From Pirellulales bacterium (GTDB taxonomy: Bacteria; Planctomycetota; Planctomycetia; Pirellulales; JAICIG01), in the NCBI GenBank assembly GCA_035547915.1, contig DASZTS010000116.1:10539-74538 (forward strand): a DNA stretch of 64,000 bases. The letters run 5' to 3'. Made by a program: the position numbers and the translations under genes. Every line of letters begins with the position of its first letter. Position 1 is the first letter of the stretch. Positions 20,679-30,503 of this stretch are shown here, in pieces. The notes beneath the pieces were generated by a model. The model ran no database searches. It saw nothing but the letters and a program-made list of their open reading frames with translations, and was not told the DNA's origin.

Positions 20679-20709
20679 AAGACCGACATCGTTCGCCCTC
20701 CTTGAACCG

Positions 20710-21993
20710 ATGAACGAATCCAAAGACTTTTCGCCACAGGCCCGTTTCCAGCGAAATGCGCTGAAGCACGGACTCTATCAGGCCGTCGCAGCCACGCTCT
20801 GCGTCGCCTTGGGGACCGCGCAAGACGCGACACCGAGGTCGCGAGCTAACGACCAACCGATGGCGGCGCGCACCTGCCGCACGAGCCCGATGTTGACCGA
20901 GACGCGATCGTCCCCGAATAAGCAACCGATCCAGCTTTGCCAGGCGCTCGGCCCCGCGGCGCCGTATCCCATCAAGGGACTCGATTGCGCCACCGGCGTT
21001 TGCGGCGAGTTGGGCTGGGACGCCGCCCGACCGATTCCGTGGCAGCGGTACGCGCAGGGTGAATACGTCGGGCACGAACGTCTGCCGCACGTCGATCAAT
21101 ACCGCATCCGCGTCGATGACGAATTGGAGTTCGTCTTCCGCCTGACGCGCACCGAGACGTCACGTCCGTATCAGCTTAACGTGGGTGATGAGCTGCGCAT
21201 CGAATCGCTCAGCGATCCGACGCTCAACCGCGATCTTGTCGTGCAGCCCGATGGCAATATCACCTTACCTCTCGTCAATGAAGTGCGGGCCACGCAGCAC
21301 ACGATCGTGCAGTTGCGCCAAGAGGTCGAGGAGCGGCTGCGAAAGTTTTACAAAGAACCGGCCATCACGGTCACGCCGGTCCGTCTCAATACCCGCCTCG
21401 AAGACCTGCGGGCCACCAGCGACGCTCGGTTCGGCTTCGGCGGGCAGTCGCGCCGTGCTCGCGTTACGCCCGAAGGCACGATCCAACTGCCAGCTTTGGG
21501 CAGCGTGCCCGTCCAAGGACTTACGTTGCCGGAGGTACAGCGCGAGCTGCACGAGCGACTCGGCCGGCGCTTCGAAGGGATGGAGATCACGCCGGTGCTG
21601 GCGGCGCGGGCTCCCCGCTATGTCTACGTCGTGGGCGAAGTGCGTACTCCGGGCCGCTACGAGCTGACCGGCCCCACCACGGCCATGCAAGCCATCAGCA
21701 TGGCCGGTGGCTGGATTTACGGCGGTAATCTCTGGAATACGGTCGTCTTCCGCCGCGGCGACGATTGGCGCCTGCTGGCCACGAGGCTCGATCTGCGTGG
21801 TCCGCTGTACGGCAGACGGCCCTGCCCGGCGGACGAGATTTGGCTCAACGACTCCGACGTCGTGCTGATACCCAAGAGCCGCATCCTGGTCGCCGACAAT
21901 ATCATCAGCCTGCTCTTCACGCAGGGCCTCTATGGCGTCGCGCCCTTCAGCGGGGCCGCCACCTTCAGCATCACTCGCTTCGGGGCACTCTAA
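20710..21993 (+). CDS. Polysaccharide biosynthesis/export (Wza/OPX-like) protein
   Basis: YQLNVGDEL, VQPDGNITLPLV, a second VTPEGTIQLP unit, and SLBB VYVVGEVRTPG ... AISMAGG. Exact start uncertain. Confidence 0.9.
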   Translation: MNESKDFSPQARFQRNALKHGLYQAVAATLCVALGTAQDATPRSRANDQPMAARTCRTSPMLTETRSSPNKQPIQLCQALGPAAPYPIKGLDCATGVCGELGWDAARPIPWQRYAQGEYVGHERLPHVDQYRIRVDDELEFVFRLTRTETSRPYQLNVGDELRIESLSDPTLNRDLVVQPDGNITLPLVNEVRATQHTIVQLRQEVEERLRKFYKEPAITVTPVRLNTRLEDLRATSDARFGFGGQSRRARVTPEGTIQLPALGSVPVQGLTLPEVQRELHERLGRRFEGMEITPVLAARAPRYVYVVGEVRTPGRYELTGPTTAMQAISMAGGWIYGGNLWNTVVFRRGDDWRLLATRLDLRGPLYGRRPCPADEIWLNDSDVVLIPKSRILVADNIISLLFTQGLYGVAPFSGAATFSITRFGAL

Positions 21994-22092
21994 GTGCGGC
22001 TGACAAAACCCGGAAGCCGGAGCGCCGTGGGAAAAAAATCGGCGGTGAAACGCCGATTTTTCGGAAGCTCGGACCGGTTTTGTCGGTTGCTC
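21994..22092 (+). mobile_element. MITE copy 2 (99 bp)
   Basis: GTGCGGCTGACAAAACC ... GGTTTTGTCGGTTGCTC flanked by TAA (21991-21993, the stop of the export gene) and TAA (22093-22095). Confidence 0.85.
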
Positions 22093-22501
22093 TAAGACTA
22101 AGTGCGTAAGTGAAAGACGTATTCGACACCGTCGCCTACGCGTAGAGTCGCACTCGCGCGGAATGCTGCTCGCGTATCGGGCGTTTGAAATGCAGGCTCG
22201 AGCCGCCCCCGTTAGCGCCGCCCTACCTTTTGTCGGACAATCCATCAGCTACGAGCCACTCGCCGAGCGAGTCAATGAGTTGACGGGGCGGTCATCGTCC
22301 CTGAGCGCGGTCGACACCGGCCCGGTCAGGACTGTGCTCGACCGCTCGGTCGAAATGGACCCGCCGCATTCGAATCGCTCACTGCGATTCACCGCGGCTG
22401 ACCGCGAGGGCTCACCGTTTGCCGCTTGGCCTTGCCGACTGCGAACGTGTCCGTTACGTTGGGCACTTGGCCCTGTTTTGGCAACAAAAATCGGCCATCG
22501 T

Positions 22502-22575
<74 letters not shown>

Positions 22576-22898
22576 TTCTGGTCATCTATGGTCGCGCGAA
22601 GCGTCTTGTCGTGCCCCCCCGCCGTGAAGGGAGCGGGCGAGACCGATCCCCGCTTAACAAGCCGGGGTGCGGCAAATCTCACGTCTGATGGGCCGAGATT
22701 TCCACCGGTGGAAGACTTTTCCGCGAGGCGCGTTGCATTTTCGCTGGCGGCGCGGTCTCTCGATGGACCGCCGTGGCGGCCGCTGGCTACGGGCCGCAGC
22801 CATTTTGGCAAACATCGTCAAAAAATCCGGCGAGCCTCGGGGCCAGATGCCGATTGTTGTAATGGGGGCATTTCCTTCGGTTTGTCATCGGCAGTATC

Positions 22899-23168
22899 GT
22901 GTCACCCAGACAACGCTTACAGCTCCTCGGTCGATCGTCCCTCGCGATCGGGTTTCTCAGCGCGGCTGTCACAATCGGTCGTGTGAGCCTACCGCCGTTC
23001 CACTGGCATTACCGTCCTCTGGTGTTGGCGGGGAGCGGCATTGCCATCGCTGCATCGCTGGGCATCCTCTTTCGGAAAACGCCTTGGTTGCTCGTCGGTG
23101 CCGTCATCGGCGTGGCTCCGGTACTCTGGCATTTCAGGGATTTCATTACGTCGACGGTTGCCTTCTGA
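22899..23168 (+). CDS. Small hypothetical membrane protein
   Basis: 89 aa with about three hydrophobic segments. GTG start; no recognisable family. Confidence 0.4.
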   Translation: MSPRQRLQLLGRSSLAIGFLSAAVTIGRVSLPPFHWHYRPLVLAGSGIAIAASLGILFRKTPWLLVGAVIGVAPVLWHFRDFITSTVAF

Positions 23169-23555
23169 GCCGGTTGATGTTGCGAATGTAGCATTCCCTC
23201 CCGGGAGAGGCGCCATTTCGATCCATTTCTGCGCGCTTGGCCGGGGCAAGCGGGTGGCCATGGCGAACGCAAGACGGCGCCGCTCTGCCTAACGTGGCTG
23301 GCACACTCGTCCAGGAACGCATTCACAGCGCTCTCGCGGGCCGGCCGTTACGTCCTACTCGTTCCCTCAAACGCCACGTCGCCGGCCGTTTGCCTCGCTC
23401 ACTTTCGAGGTTTGAACAATCTGGAAGTGAAACGACTGCCGGTACTTAGCTCAGGCATTCCCGAATCGATGGCCTGATCTGCGGGCTCGTGGTACGGGAC
23501 ATGCTCTACCGTCGGCGACGGCTGCTGGCCCCAGCAAAAAATCACCAAAGCTCGC

Positions 23556-25853
23556 ATGTCTCCGGACTCGGACCAGCTACTCCCCGGATCGGTCGGCACA
23601 AGCCGCTGCGTTGTCGAGCCCGGTGCGCCGATGGCGGGCGCTGGACGTTCGCGGTTCCTGATTATCTCGAGCGTGATGCTGACATTCATCGGCGCCCAGC
23701 CGACGGCTGCCGTCGTGCTGTGTGATCTTGCCAGTACGGCGTACTACATCGGGGGCGTCGTCGAGGCGCAGATCGGTAAGGCGGCGCCGTGGTTCATCTT
23801 GGCGGTCATGCTGTTCAGCTACGCCGTGCGGAGCGTGTATATCGAGAGCTGCTCGATGTTCGTGCGCGGTGGTGTCTACCGCGTCGTGAAGGAGGCGATG
23901 GGCCATGGCATGGCCAAGGTTTCCGTGTCGGCGTTGATGTTCGACTACATCCTCACCGGGCCGATCAGCGCCGTCTCGGCCGGACATTACCTGGTCCGGC
24001 TGTTCAACGCCCTACTTCACCATTTCGGCAGCCACGTGGCCATCTCCGAACGATGGGGAGCCGTCGGCGTTGCCCTGGCGGTCGTGATCTATTTCTATCA
24101 GGTCAATGTGCGCGGCATCCCCGCGTCGAGCGACAAGGCGCTCAAGATCATGCGGGCGACGACTATCATGGCCGTGATCATGATCATCTGGTGCCTTGTG
24201 ACCCTGGCCGCCCGCCCGGCCACCAGGGCTCTTCCCCCCTTGGCGTCCGACCTGGGTAAAAAGTGCGACCGAGACGGCGCCCCGCGGATAAACGAGGTGA
24301 CCAAGGCGCAGGAAGACCCGCTGGGTTGGGTCGGGGCGATGCCGATCGGCGCGGAGCTGAGACCCGGGGTCGTCGAGTGGCAGAGTTGGATCGGACTGTT
24401 GGGCATCGTGATCGCTTTCGGGCATTCGATCCTCGCAATGAGCGGCGAGGAGACCCTGGCCCAGGTCTACCGCGAGGTCGAGGCACCCAAGCTGCGCAAC
24501 TTCCGACGCGCGGCCTTTATCGTTTTCCTTTACAGTCTGGCGCTGACCGGTCTCGTCAGCTTCTTCGCCTTCATGATCATTCCCGATCGGGTCCGGCCAG
24601 ACTTTCAGGACAATCTGATTTCCGGTCTGGCGATGCATGTCGTGGGGCCGCGATGGGCGAAGCTGGCGCTGAACACGCTGGTCGTCGCCGTCGGGTTCCT
24701 GATTCTGGCCGGGGCCGTCAACACATCCATCGTCGGTGCCAACGGTGTGTTGAATCGAGTTGCGGAGGACGGCGTGCTGCCCGAGTGGTTCCGCAAGCCG
24801 CAGCGCACCTTTGGGACCACATGGCGACTGCTGTCACTGATTGCCGGGTTTCAGGTCGCCGCGATCTTGTTGAGCGGCGGCGACGTCATCGTGCTGGGCG
24901 AGGCGTATGCCTTCGGCGTGGTCTGGAGCCTCGTCCTCAAATCGTTGTCGATGCTGGTGCTCCGCCTCCGGGAGCCGGACCGCTATCGGGGCTACCGCGT
25001 GCCGCTCAACATCCGGCTCGGCCGAACCGATCTACCCATCGGGCTGTTGCTCATCTTCCTGGTGCTATTGGCGGCTGCCCTGGTGAACCTGCTGACAAAG
25101 ACCGTGGCTACGGTCTCCGGGACCGCCTTCGCCGCAGCGTTCCTGATCGCCTTCACGCTGACGGAGCGTTTTGGCAAGAAGGCCAAGCAAGAAGGGATGA
25201 ACGGGCGGCAGACCGACGAGCACCTAGAAGAGTTCGAAGTACAATTCGCCGAGATTTTGAACCCGAAAATCCTGGGTCTTCAACGGCCCTATCGCAAAGT
25301 CGTGTTGGTCGAACGCCCCGACGCAACCGACGCGCTGCGGACCTGCCTCATCGAGACCGATCCGACGAACACGGACGTCGTCGTAGTGACCGTCCACGCG
25401 CCGCCGCCCGGGGGCGGCGGAGACCCGCGGCAGGGCGCGACGATCTTCACAGACGCTGAGTTCTCGGACGCGTCGGATTCGCCACTCGGGCACGATGACG
25501 TCGAGGTGATGACCGCCGTGGTGCACAAGAGTGAGATTGCCGGCAAGCCCGTGAAACCGGTCGTCATCGTGGCCGACGCCCCCGAAACGGCCCTGCTCCA
25601 AGCCGTGCGAGGCGTCGGTGCCGGCGAACTGCTCGTCGGATCATCCGATAACCGTTCGTCCGAGAGCCGACTCCAAGGCCTGGCGTCGCGCTGGGGCGCA
25701 ATTTCGGCTGACGACCACCTCCCATTGACGATACGCGTCGTTGGGAGCGATGGCGAAAAACGGTGGGACCACGACGGCGGCAGCCGTATCCCGCATGCGG
25801 CGGACGACGGCGGCCAAACATCTCGGGCCCTGGCGGGCGTGACTTCGGATTAG
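23556..25853 (+). CDS. APC family permease with C-terminal cytoplasmic (USP-like) domain
   Basis: Many TM helices, GGVYRVVKE, AMSGEETLAQVYRE, LGEAYAFG and a soluble alpha/beta C-terminal domain. Confidence 0.88.
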   Translation: MSPDSDQLLPGSVGTSRCVVEPGAPMAGAGRSRFLIISSVMLTFIGAQPTAAVVLCDLASTAYYIGGVVEAQIGKAAPWFILAVMLFSYAVRSVYIESCSMFVRGGVYRVVKEAMGHGMAKVSVSALMFDYILTGPISAVSAGHYLVRLFNALLHHFGSHVAISERWGAVGVALAVVIYFYQVNVRGIPASSDKALKIMRATTIMAVIMIIWCLVTLAARPATRALPPLASDLGKKCDRDGAPRINEVTKAQEDPLGWVGAMPIGAELRPGVVEWQSWIGLLGIVIAFGHSILAMSGEETLAQVYREVEAPKLRNFRRAAFIVFLYSLALTGLVSFFAFMIIPDRVRPDFQDNLISGLAMHVVGPRWAKLALNTLVVAVGFLILAGAVNTSIVGANGVLNRVAEDGVLPEWFRKPQRTFGTTWRLLSLIAGFQVAAILLSGGDVIVLGEAYAFGVVWSLVLKSLSMLVLRLREPDRYRGYRVPLNIRLGRTDLPIGLLLIFLVLLAAALVNLLTKTVATVSGTAFAAAFLIAFTLTERFGKKAKQEGMNGRQTDEHLEEFEVQFAEILNPKILGLQRPYRKVVLVERPDATDALRTCLIETDPTNTDVVVVTVHAPPPGGGGDPRQGATIFTDAEFSDASDSPLGHDDVEVMTAVVHKSEIAGKPVKPVVIVADAPETALLQAVRGVGAGELLVGSSDNRSSESRLQGLASRWGAISADDHLPLTIRVVGSDGEKRWDHDGGSRIPHAADDGGQTSRALAGVTSD

Positions 25854-25877
25854 CGGGGACAATCGATGTGCGAGAAG

Positions 25878-26489
25878 CTACAGCCGTCGTACAACGCAAA
25901 ACCAAGCGTAAGGGCCCTCAGGTGAGAAGTGCAGGTCGGGCCGGTCAGGACGAATTTCGAAGCGGGTCGCGTGAATCGATTCCACCAACCAGCCCTCGGA
26001 GAAAGCGGCGCGGAGTTCTGCTTGCGAAACGCGGCGTGGGCCGTCCCCAGGAGGTTCTTTATCGCTGAAACATGCGAGAAACAACCTGGTGCCCGGTTTG
26101 GCGACGTGGCCCAAGCTCGTGACGTAGCTGGCGCGATCGTCGTCTGAAAAGACATGAAACAGGCCGCAGTCGATGATGGAATCGAAGGACTCCGACAGGC
26201 CCTGAAGATGCAGAGCATCCATCAACAGGAATGTCGCGTCGAGGCCGCGCTCGTGGGCCTTGCGCTTCGCATCAGCGAGCGGTTGCTCCAGAAAATCGAC
26301 ACCCGTGACCCGCCGACCGCGCGCCGCGAAGAACAGCGCGTTCTCGCCGGTGCCGCAACCGACATCGAGAACCGAGCCGACGATCTGGTCGGCCACCTCG
26401 ACGAATGCGGGCTGTGGCTTGCCGATGTCCCAGGGGGGCTTTCCGTCGTAGATTGCCCGGAAACGTTCTTTATCAGGCACGTTGTCCAT
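25878..26489 (-). CDS. Class I SAM-dependent methyltransferase
   Basis: PWDIGKPQP, VLDVGCGTG and DCGLFH. Start MDNVPD with a GAGG SD; the 328-aa track ORF is over-extended. Confidence 0.92.
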   Translation of the reverse strand: MDNVPDKERFRAIYDGKPPWDIGKPQPAFVEVADQIVGSVLDVGCGTGENALFFAARGRRVTGVDFLEQPLADAKRKAHERGLDATFLLMDALHLQGLSESFDSIIDCGLFHVFSDDDRASYVTSLGHVAKPGTRLFLACFSDKEPPGDGPRRVSQAELRAAFSEGWLVESIHATRFEIRPDRPDLHFSPEGPYAWFCVVRRL

Positions 26490-26493
26490 CCGG

Positions 26494-26901
26494 CTACCTC
26501 TTTCCGGTCTCGGTCGTCCAGTAATCGAAGACGACCACCTTTTCGCGCTTATCGCGGACGACCTGAACGTAGTCCCGATGGGCGGGATGTTCGAGATAGG
26601 TCGCCAGCGCTTTCTCATCGCGGAAGGTGACGACGAAGCAGTGAGTGAAGCCCTCGGATTTGCCCTCCTTGCTAACGTTGGTCCCGTGTTCGAAACCGAG
26701 GATGGAGTCGATCTTGCCGGGCAAGGCGGCGAAGGCGTCGATGACCTGCTGTATTTTGGCCGGTTCGAGTCCGTCTTTGAACTTGTAGAGCACCATGTGC
26801 CGCAGCACCTGCTTTGGCTCATCCGCTGCGGTGCTGATCGATTTTGATAGGCACATTGCCGCAACCCAGGCCAAACCGAGAACCAAGATCAGACTTCGCA
26901 T
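26494..26901 (-). CDS. Dabb (stress-responsive alpha/beta barrel) protein with signal peptide
   Basis: LRHMVLYKFK, GFTHCFVVTF, YLEHPAH and VFDYW. Confidence 0.92.
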   Translation of the reverse strand: MRSLILVLGLAWVAAMCLSKSISTAADEPKQVLRHMVLYKFKDGLEPAKIQQVIDAFAALPGKIDSILGFEHGTNVSKEGKSEGFTHCFVVTFRDEKALATYLEHPAHRDYVQVVRDKREKVVVFDYWTTETGKR

Positions 26902-27066
26902 TCGAGAATTCCTTTGTCGGAAGGAGGTCATTTTATCGTAAGCCTTCGGCTCCCACGGGTTCAACCCGCCGATTGGGCTGGCAGGGAGAAAGATAAGCCA
27001 AAGCGGTACGGCAACCGCGTGGTGCGCGAGAATCGAAGAGAACCACGGCCCCTTCGACAACTGGGA

Positions 27067-28053
27067 TCAGTTGCCGATCCAGCCGCGGTGTGCGTGGTCG
27101 AGGAAGGTCTCGAGCGACTTTCGAATCGCGGCGTCGAGCGGGGTATGCGGCACGTCCGGAAAGGCTTTCAGGAATGGTTCGTACTCGAGATCGCAGATGA
27201 ACGGGACTTCGTTCTTGCCAACCGTGACCTGAAACCGGTCGGTAAGATTCATCTCGGTGGCCGCCCGCCGCATCGCGTCGACAACCTCGTTGGTGGTCAA
27301 CGTCAAGTTGGGGAGGGTGAACACACCGTAGCCGTCGAAAGGCTTCAGGGCAGCCATCGCAAAGGCGGCACCGACGTCGGGGGCAAACAGATAATCCTGT
27401 CGCGAATGGAAAGGGATCTCGTAAGCGCGTCCCAATGCTACGTGCTTCATGGCGGTCGTCGGGCTGGATGTCAGTCCCGCGTCCCGGCCCGGACCGTACA
27501 GTACGCCCGGACGCAAGCTGAGCGTCGGCACCTTCGTTTCCTCGCAGAAGAACTTCGACACATATTCCCCGGCCAGTTTCCACGCTCCATAGAGATTCAC
27601 GGGGTTGGGGCTGGCGAGCATGGGAACGCGCCCCGCCGGGTACGAAGCGCGCGGGCCATAGACGGCAATCGAACTGGCGAAGACGAACCGCTCCAATGGT
27701 GCCCCGCTGGCCTTCATCGCCTCGACGAGGTTCAGGGTACCGGCGAGATTGATCTGCAGGCCGAGGTGCCGATGAGCGTTGCAGTCCGGTGTCTGCAACG
27801 CGGCCAGGTGTATGACATGCGTGACCTGGCGTTCGCGGAGGATCTCTTGCAGCCTGAGTGGATCGGTCACGTCTGCCTGGACAACGACGAGACGCTCGCG
27901 TTGCACATCATAAAAGACGCGCTCGGTGCGTTCCGCACTGGCGCCGCGGCTACAAACCACCACCGAGGCGTCGGTATTCCTCAACACCCACTTTGTCGTC
28001 TCCGCGCCGATGCAACCATAGCCGCCGGTCACCAAAATCGTTTGCCGATTCAT
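27067..28053 (-). CDS. NAD-dependent epimerase/dehydratase (extended SDR)
   Basis: ILVTGGYGCIG, HLAALQ, ASSIAVYG and YGAWK. Confidence 0.92.
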   Translation of the reverse strand: MNRQTILVTGGYGCIGAETTKWVLRNTDASVVVCSRGASAERTERVFYDVQRERLVVVQADVTDPLRLQEILRERQVTHVIHLAALQTPDCNAHRHLGLQINLAGTLNLVEAMKASGAPLERFVFASSIAVYGPRASYPAGRVPMLASPNPVNLYGAWKLAGEYVSKFFCEETKVPTLSLRPGVLYGPGRDAGLTSSPTTAMKHVALGRAYEIPFHSRQDYLFAPDVGAAFAMAALKPFDGYGVFTLPNLTLTTNEVVDAMRRAATEMNLTDRFQVTVGKNEVPFICDLEYEPFLKAFPDVPHTPLDAAIRKSLETFLDHAHRGWIGN

Positions 28054-28145
28054 ATCGAAGCTGCCGCAAAGGAATTGAAATCGCGCTCGCTATGCCGCGC
28101 CGGAAATGCGAACGCGCAACCGAAGAGACGACGCGTCGCCTCTTG

Positions 28146-29051
28146 TCATTTTCGCGTAGCGTCGTCGGCCGGAATGATCTTTAACTCGGCCAGCCAGGCA
28201 AGCGACTCTGCTTGCCATTTGTCCCACATCGGCCCTTGGTAACCGTCCAGGCCGTGGCCACCCGACGGGAGCTCAACGTATCGCGCGGGGATCTCATGGG
28301 CCTTTAGCGCTTCGTAGAACGCTCTGCTGTTTTCCGGCGGCACCGGCTTGTCGTCGACCGCATGTGCCAGGAATGCCGGCGGAGTTTCGGCCGTTACTTG
28401 CTTCTCGTTGGAGAAACGTGCCACCAGTTCCGGCGAGGGATCGTCGCCCAAAAGATTGCTTTTCGAACCCTGATGTGTCTTCTCGCCCATGACGATTACC
28501 GGGTAGACGAGGAGCATGAAGTCGGGACGGCAACTGCCCCGATCGATGGGATCGGAGGCCTTCGGGTCGCCGTCGTCGAAGTGAGTCCCCGCGGTGGAGG
28601 CGAGATGGCCGCCGGCGGAAAAACCGATGATGCCGATGTGCGTCGGATCGATCGCCCACTCCTTCGCGCGACTGCGGACCGTGCGCAAGGCGCGCTGGGC
28701 GTCGAGCAGCGGCACCGCGGACCGGCCGGCCGGCAGACGATATTCGAGCACCACGCCGGTGATACCGTGGCCGTTGAGCCACTCGGCGATGCCGTGCCCT
28801 TCGGCGCCCGTTACCAACGTGCCGTAGCCGCCGCCGGGACAGATGACGATCGCCGCACCGTTGCCCTTCACAGGACGATGGAGGGTAATCCAAGCGTCGG
28901 CCTCTTCGAACTGGCCGTCGCCGATAGGAGCATGTTTCTGCCAAAGCGAGATCCGCTCCGGTTTACTGTCGTCGTCCGCGAATGTTGTCGCTGTACCCAA
29001 GCCGGTCAGGGCGAGTAGACCAAGGCTGCCGGTCAATAATAAATATCTCAT
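28146..29051 (-). CDS. Secreted alpha/beta hydrolase (esterase-like)
   Basis: CPGGGY, GFSAGGHLA nucleophile, D..V, GGHG and a signal peptide. Confidence 0.93.
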   Translation of the reverse strand: MRYLLLTGSLGLLALTGLGTATTFADDDSKPERISLWQKHAPIGDGQFEEADAWITLHRPVKGNGAAIVICPGGGYGTLVTGAEGHGIAEWLNGHGITGVVLEYRLPAGRSAVPLLDAQRALRTVRSRAKEWAIDPTHIGIIGFSAGGHLASTAGTHFDDGDPKASDPIDRGSCRPDFMLLVYPVIVMGEKTHQGSKSNLLGDDPSPELVARFSNEKQVTAETPPAFLAHAVDDKPVPPENSRAFYEALKAHEIPARYVELPSGGHGLDGYQGPMWDKWQAESLAWLAELKIIPADDATRK

Positions 29052-29187
29052 GGATCTTCTGGAAATGCGTGGATCGTTACTCCGAGTGTTAGAGTCTAAC
29101 CGAATTCGGCCGCCATGTGGGATCATTCGCGGGCGCGGTCCTCGGTTTTGTTGTTCAACGATGTCCGCGGTGGATCATCGCCAGCGT

Positions 29188-30075
29188 TCATTCTTTAACC
29201 TTGGTCGCCTGCGGCAGTTCTTTGAGATCCGCTATCAATTTGGCAGGCAATTCTTTGTCCGCAATCGGCGGCAGTTTTTTTCCCTCGTCACCGAATAACG
29301 GAGCGCCATACTTTTCTTGCAACGACTGAAACAGGGTGTCGAGCTGCTGCTTGTCCCCTTCGGCCAGGAAATAGTCGCCGTGCAGTTGTCCCCAGATGCC
29401 GTCTCCTTGGGCCCGTGTCAGGCATTTCAAATCCTCGACGCGGGTGCCTAACCATAATCGGTAGAGGGCCAGCTTGGGCACGTGCTGGTCGCGCCCACCG
29501 AAATTCTCCAGAAAGGATGCCAGTCCGCCGCCGGCAAGGGTCGCGACGCTCTTGGCACTCCCTTCGTCGCCGTTGGGGTTGGTGATGGTCGCGCTATGCC
29601 GCCAACGGCTCTTATCGCGGTCAAAAACGTAATAGCGGGTGTCGGTCATGCCGGAACTGCTAACCGGCGTCTTTCGGACGAAGAACTGAAAGGTCTCACC
29701 GACCTGCCAGTTCCAGAGCATGTGGGTGTGAGCGCCCTCCCCCTCGCCGCCGAAACGGTTGAAGACCGTTTGAGGATCGGCCTCGGTCACCTTCGGTCGG
29801 AGTTGGGGCGAAGTGTCCCAGATCGAAAAGATCGTGCGGCGCTCGCGGGAAGAATTGTGCTGGATGCCGCAATACCCGCCGGCCGGCTCGCCGGGATGCC
29901 AGTTCGCGCCGCAGTAATAGATCGGGTCGTGCGAGGCGAGCACCGTTATCTCTCCGTAAAGGCAGATGGCATCCGCTGGCTCCTTTGCGTCCCACCACAG
30001 ATGTTGTGCCGCCGCGCGATCGACGGCTAGAAAGAGGACCGCGACGGAGCCAATAAACACTGCTGCCAACCGCAT
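29188..30075 (-). CDS. Secreted DUF3472-like protein
   Basis: GGYCGIQ, IFSIWD, FGGEGEG, SFLENF and a signal peptide. Confidence 0.75.
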   Translation of the reverse strand: MRLAAVFIGSVAVLFLAVDRAAAQHLWWDAKEPADAICLYGEITVLASHDPIYYCGANWHPGEPAGGYCGIQHNSSRERRTIFSIWDTSPQLRPKVTEADPQTVFNRFGGEGEGAHTHMLWNWQVGETFQFFVRKTPVSSSGMTDTRYYVFDRDKSRWRHSATITNPNGDEGSAKSVATLAGGGLASFLENFGGRDQHVPKLALYRLWLGTRVEDLKCLTRAQGDGIWGQLHGDYFLAEGDKQQLDTLFQSLQEKYGAPLFGDEGKKLPPIADKELPAKLIADLKELPQATKVKE

Positions 30076-30362
30076 GATTGCTCCTCTTCAGCTTCGATAC
30101 TGCCCGGTTCGGCACAGTCGATCATCAGCAAAAACGATCGAGATATCTGCATGGTGCCGCTCCCCCGGACTTGATTGGGGAAACGCCCACGTCATGAATC
30201 ACGGGCATTCTATCGCTTCGATACCCCAACACCAGCATCGCGCCGCTGATGCCCGCCACGCCGAACCGTCACCAGGAGCGAACAGAACGATGAAATGCAT
30301 ACCAAGGACGCTTGGACCGGATCGCGGAAAGTTGTTGGCCATCTCTCGCACAGTTACTCTAA

Positions 30363-30460
30363 GAGCGGCTGACAGAACCCGGACGCCGGAGCGCCGCGAG
30401 CAAAAAATCGGCCGTGAAACGCCGATTTTGTGAAGCTCGATCCGGTTTTGTCGGTTGTTC
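30363..30460 (+). mobile_element. MITE copy 3 (98 bp)
   Basis: GAGCGGCTGACAGAACC ... GGTTTTGTCGGTTGTTC flanked by TAA (30360-30362) and TAA (30461-30463). Confidence 0.85.
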
Positions 30461-30503
30461 TAAAATCGGCCAGGTCTCGAAAGACGAAACGCTTTGATCG
30501 CGG

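Noticed and set aside
20194..20709. N-terminal extension of the Wza-like ORF
   Set aside because: It overlaps the upstream lipoprotein gene in another frame and has no protein-like features.
23170..23555. Riboswitch (for example c-di-AMP) upstream of the APC permease
   Set aside because: No recognisable consensus elements by eye; an Rfam scan would settle it.
25878..26864. 328-aa extended methyltransferase in the ORF track
   Set aside because: The N-terminal part is an off-frame reading of the Dabb gene. The methyltransferase has its own SD and ATG at 26489.
26938..26975. REP-like GTAAGCC...CCCACGGGTTCAACCCG sequence
   Set aside because: Single degenerate occurrence in the window; not enough support.
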